A DNA stretch of 64,000 nt from Candidatus Dormiibacterota bacterium (GTDB lineage Bacteria; Chloroflexota; Dormibacteria; Aeolococcales; Aeolococcaceae), in assembly GCA_003142035.1 (NCBI GenBank), contig PLOF01000107.1:31013-95012 (forward strand), written 5' to 3'. Both the position numbers and the translations under genes were made by a program. Below the pieces are notes generated by a model. The model was not told where the DNA came from and did not search any database. It saw only the letters and a list, made by a program, of their open reading frames with translations. Positions 62,256-64,000 of this stretch are shown here, piece by piece; the stretch's first letter is position 1; each line of letters begins with the position of its first letter.

Positions 62256-63071
62256 ATGAGCGGCGACGAGGCGGCGCGGGAGACGGCCGCGCCCCCCGAG
62301 CTCCCCGACCACCAGGGGAGTGCATACAGCGCCCGGATCGAGGCCGCGTTCCTCGGTGCCCTGGCGGGTGAGCGTGCGGCTCAGGCGCCGGCTGCCGCGG
62401 GCGATCTGCTCGAGGTCGCCGATTCGATCGCCACCATCGGTGGTTTCGACGCCGACGACCTCCGGCGCCGCGGTCTCGCCGGTTCCTCCCAGGCGGGGCC
62501 CGCCGGCCTGCTGCTGCGGGCCGTCCCCTTTGGCCTGCTGGCACCGCTCGACCGCCCGCGGGTGCGCCGGGACGCCTACCGCGTGGCCGCCCTCGCCGGG
62601 GCCGACGAGGGGACGGCGGTCGCCGCCATGGCTGCCGCGCTGCTCATCGCGGACCTGACCCGATTCGATCTGGCCACCTCCGTGATGCGGGTGCACCAGT
62701 CCCTCCTCGAGGACGCCCCCTTCGCCCTCCTGCAGCGTCTCCGCATCGGCGGCGACCTTCCTGCTGCGGAGGGTGACGACGACCCGGGTGTCGCCCTCCA
62801 TCTGGCGATCACCGCCTTGCTCGGGGCCGATCAGATCGAGGGTGCCATCCAGGGTGCCGCGGGGACGGGCCGGCGGGCCGCCATCAGCCTGGCCGGAGCG
62901 CTCGCGGGTGCCCACCTCGGCGCCGCCGGTCTCGACGTGGGGTGGAGGGCCGGAGTTCCCCACGCCCACCGGGCGGTCGCCCTCGCAGTCTCGGTGGCGG
63001 CCCGGAGCGCAGCCTTGGAGGAGGCCTCCGGAGCCCCCGTTTCGTCAGCGGGGGACGCGGGACCGGCCTGA
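62256..63071 (+). CDS. ADP-ribosylglycohydrolase-like (DraG family) protein, possibly degenerate
   Basis: From MSGDEAARE: Gly/Ala-rich helical pattern AAFLGALAGERAA ... AAGTGRRAAISLAGALAGAHLGAAG, resembling ADPRH-family motifs. The canonical DTDT metal-binding segment is not evident. Confidence 0.4.
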   Translation: MSGDEAARETAAPPELPDHQGSAYSARIEAAFLGALAGERAAQAPAAAGDLLEVADSIATIGGFDADDLRRRGLAGSSQAGPAGLLLRAVPFGLLAPLDRPRVRRDAYRVAALAGADEGTAVAAMAAALLIADLTRFDLATSVMRVHQSLLEDAPFALLQRLRIGGDLPAAEGDDDPGVALHLAITALLGADQIEGAIQGAAGTGRRAAISLAGALAGAHLGAAGLDVGWRAGVPHAHRAVALAVSVAARSAALEEASGAPVSSAGDAGPA

Positions 63072-63116
63072 CCGTTCAGCCGGGGTTCTTCCACACCCTG
63101 CTAGAGTCCTGGCCTC

Positions 63117-63764
63117 GTGGCTGATCTGACTCTCACCGCCGTCACTCGTTCCGAGCGTGGACGCCATGTCCAGGCCGTGCGCCGCCACGGCCAGGTTCCG
63201 GCCATCCTGTACGGCCACGACCTGCCGTCCCAGGCGATCTGTGCCGACACGGCCGAGATCATCCGGGTGTGGCATCGTGCCGGACGCACCCACCTCATCG
63301 ATCTCAGCGTCGACGGGGCCCGACCCCACAAGGTGCTCTTCCACGACTTCCAGATCGACCCGCGCACGGCGCGGCCGCTCCACGCCGACTTCTTCGCGGT
63401 CAACCTGCGTGAGCGGCTGGCGGTCGACGTCCCGATCCGGACGATCGGCGAGGCCCCGGCGGTCACCGAGCTCAAGCTGGGGACCCTGCAGCAGGTCCTC
63501 GCGACCCTGCGCGTCGAGGCGCTCCCCGGCAACCTGCCCGACCACCTGGCCGTTGACGTCAGCGGCCTGAGCGAGGTGGACAGCGCGGTCCGCGTCCGTG
63601 ACATTGTGCTGCCCGAAGGGGTGAACCTGGCCGGCCACATCGATCCCGACGAGGTGGTGGTCAAGGTGGCTCCGGTGAGGGCGGCCACGACCGAGGAGAC
63701 CGCTGCCGAGGCCGCTGAGGCCGAGCCGGCCGTCGCCGAGCCGGAGACGCCCGAGGCCGACTGA
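63117..63764 (+). CDS. rplY: 50S ribosomal protein L25 / general stress protein Ctc
   Basis: LTAVTRSERGRHVQAVRRHGQVPAILYG... L25 beta-barrel plus an acidic Ala/Glu-rich C-terminal tail. 215 aa. Confidence 0.85.
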   Translation: MADLTLTAVTRSERGRHVQAVRRHGQVPAILYGHDLPSQAICADTAEIIRVWHRAGRTHLIDLSVDGARPHKVLFHDFQIDPRTARPLHADFFAVNLRERLAVDVPIRTIGEAPAVTELKLGTLQQVLATLRVEALPGNLPDHLAVDVSGLSEVDSAVRVRDIVLPEGVNLAGHIDPDEVVVKVAPVRAATTEETAAEAAEAEPAVAEPETPEAD

Positions 63765-64000
63765 CCGCGGCGTGTCGCGACCAGGCCACGGCCAGTCACG
63801 CATCTGCAGCTTGCGCAACAACATGGCGGGCAGGCTCGATGGGGCTTCACGATGTGCAAACGCGTGGTGGGCAGAACACCGGTCACAGCTAGCATGTGAT
63901 GGGCCGGGTCGCATCAGCCCGATGGCAATGAGGTCCGGCGCTACGCCCCTTGGGGGGGGTGCCGGCAGTCAGTCAGACCCAGAGTGGGAGGTGGTGCGAC

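Noticed and set aside
61842-62969. 375-aa minus-strand ORF (and 61747..62544 minus, 61753..62259 plus)
   Set aside because: - It is antisense to the ADPRH-like gene with shadow-frame composition.
- Only its 3' portion (61842..62229, from MATLDQ) was kept, as a low-confidence small protein.
63765-63960. tRNA gene downstream of rplY
   Set aside because: - There is no GGTTCGA/GGTTCAA T-loop box.
- There is no 7-bp acceptor stem with appropriate spacing.
- The GGGGC...GCCCC pairing spans about 107 nt, too long for a tRNA.

Overview
This 64 kb window is a very high-GC (about 72%) chromosomal segment, probably from an actinobacterium; nothing in it points to a plasmid or prophage. No integrase, transposase, CRISPR array, tRNA or rRNA was found.

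Most of the window is housekeeping. It carries recQ, a six-gene minus-strand operon (hom-thrC-thrB-lysC-ychF-tyrA), dinB, pyrE, gcvPA/gcvPB, plsY, an unusual gyrB-plsX-gyrA arrangement, ligD, acnA, recJ and rplY/ctc.

Between these sit less ordinary genes:
- an ArsA/Get3-like ATPase next to a tail-anchored membrane protein gene
- a PAS-GGDEF-EAL protein in which both catalytic signatures are degenerate
- a sigma-70-like protein with regions 2-3 only and an acidic tail
- a translationally coupled NUDIX-hyp-HAD-HTH-dinB operon
- an Rpf-like transglycosylase and several secreted or lipoproteins
- an EF-G paralogue, a GT87 glycosyltransferase and a bactofilin
- an HNH nuclease and a C39-like secreted peptidase
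- an orphan CpaF ATPase
- an S33 peptidase divergent from a ChlI-like AAA+/VWA pair
- a MacB-like ABC exporter followed by a hypothetical protein and a DraG-like ADP-ribosylglycohydrolase

A 22-nt motif (GGGTTCTTCCRCACCCTGCTAG) recurs three times, each time directly after a stop codon. Several exact inverted repeats sit in promoter regions.

The many long ORFs antisense to real genes are GC-shadow artefacts and are not called. All gene calls are from reading the translations (motifs, domain order, third-position GC), not from database searches.
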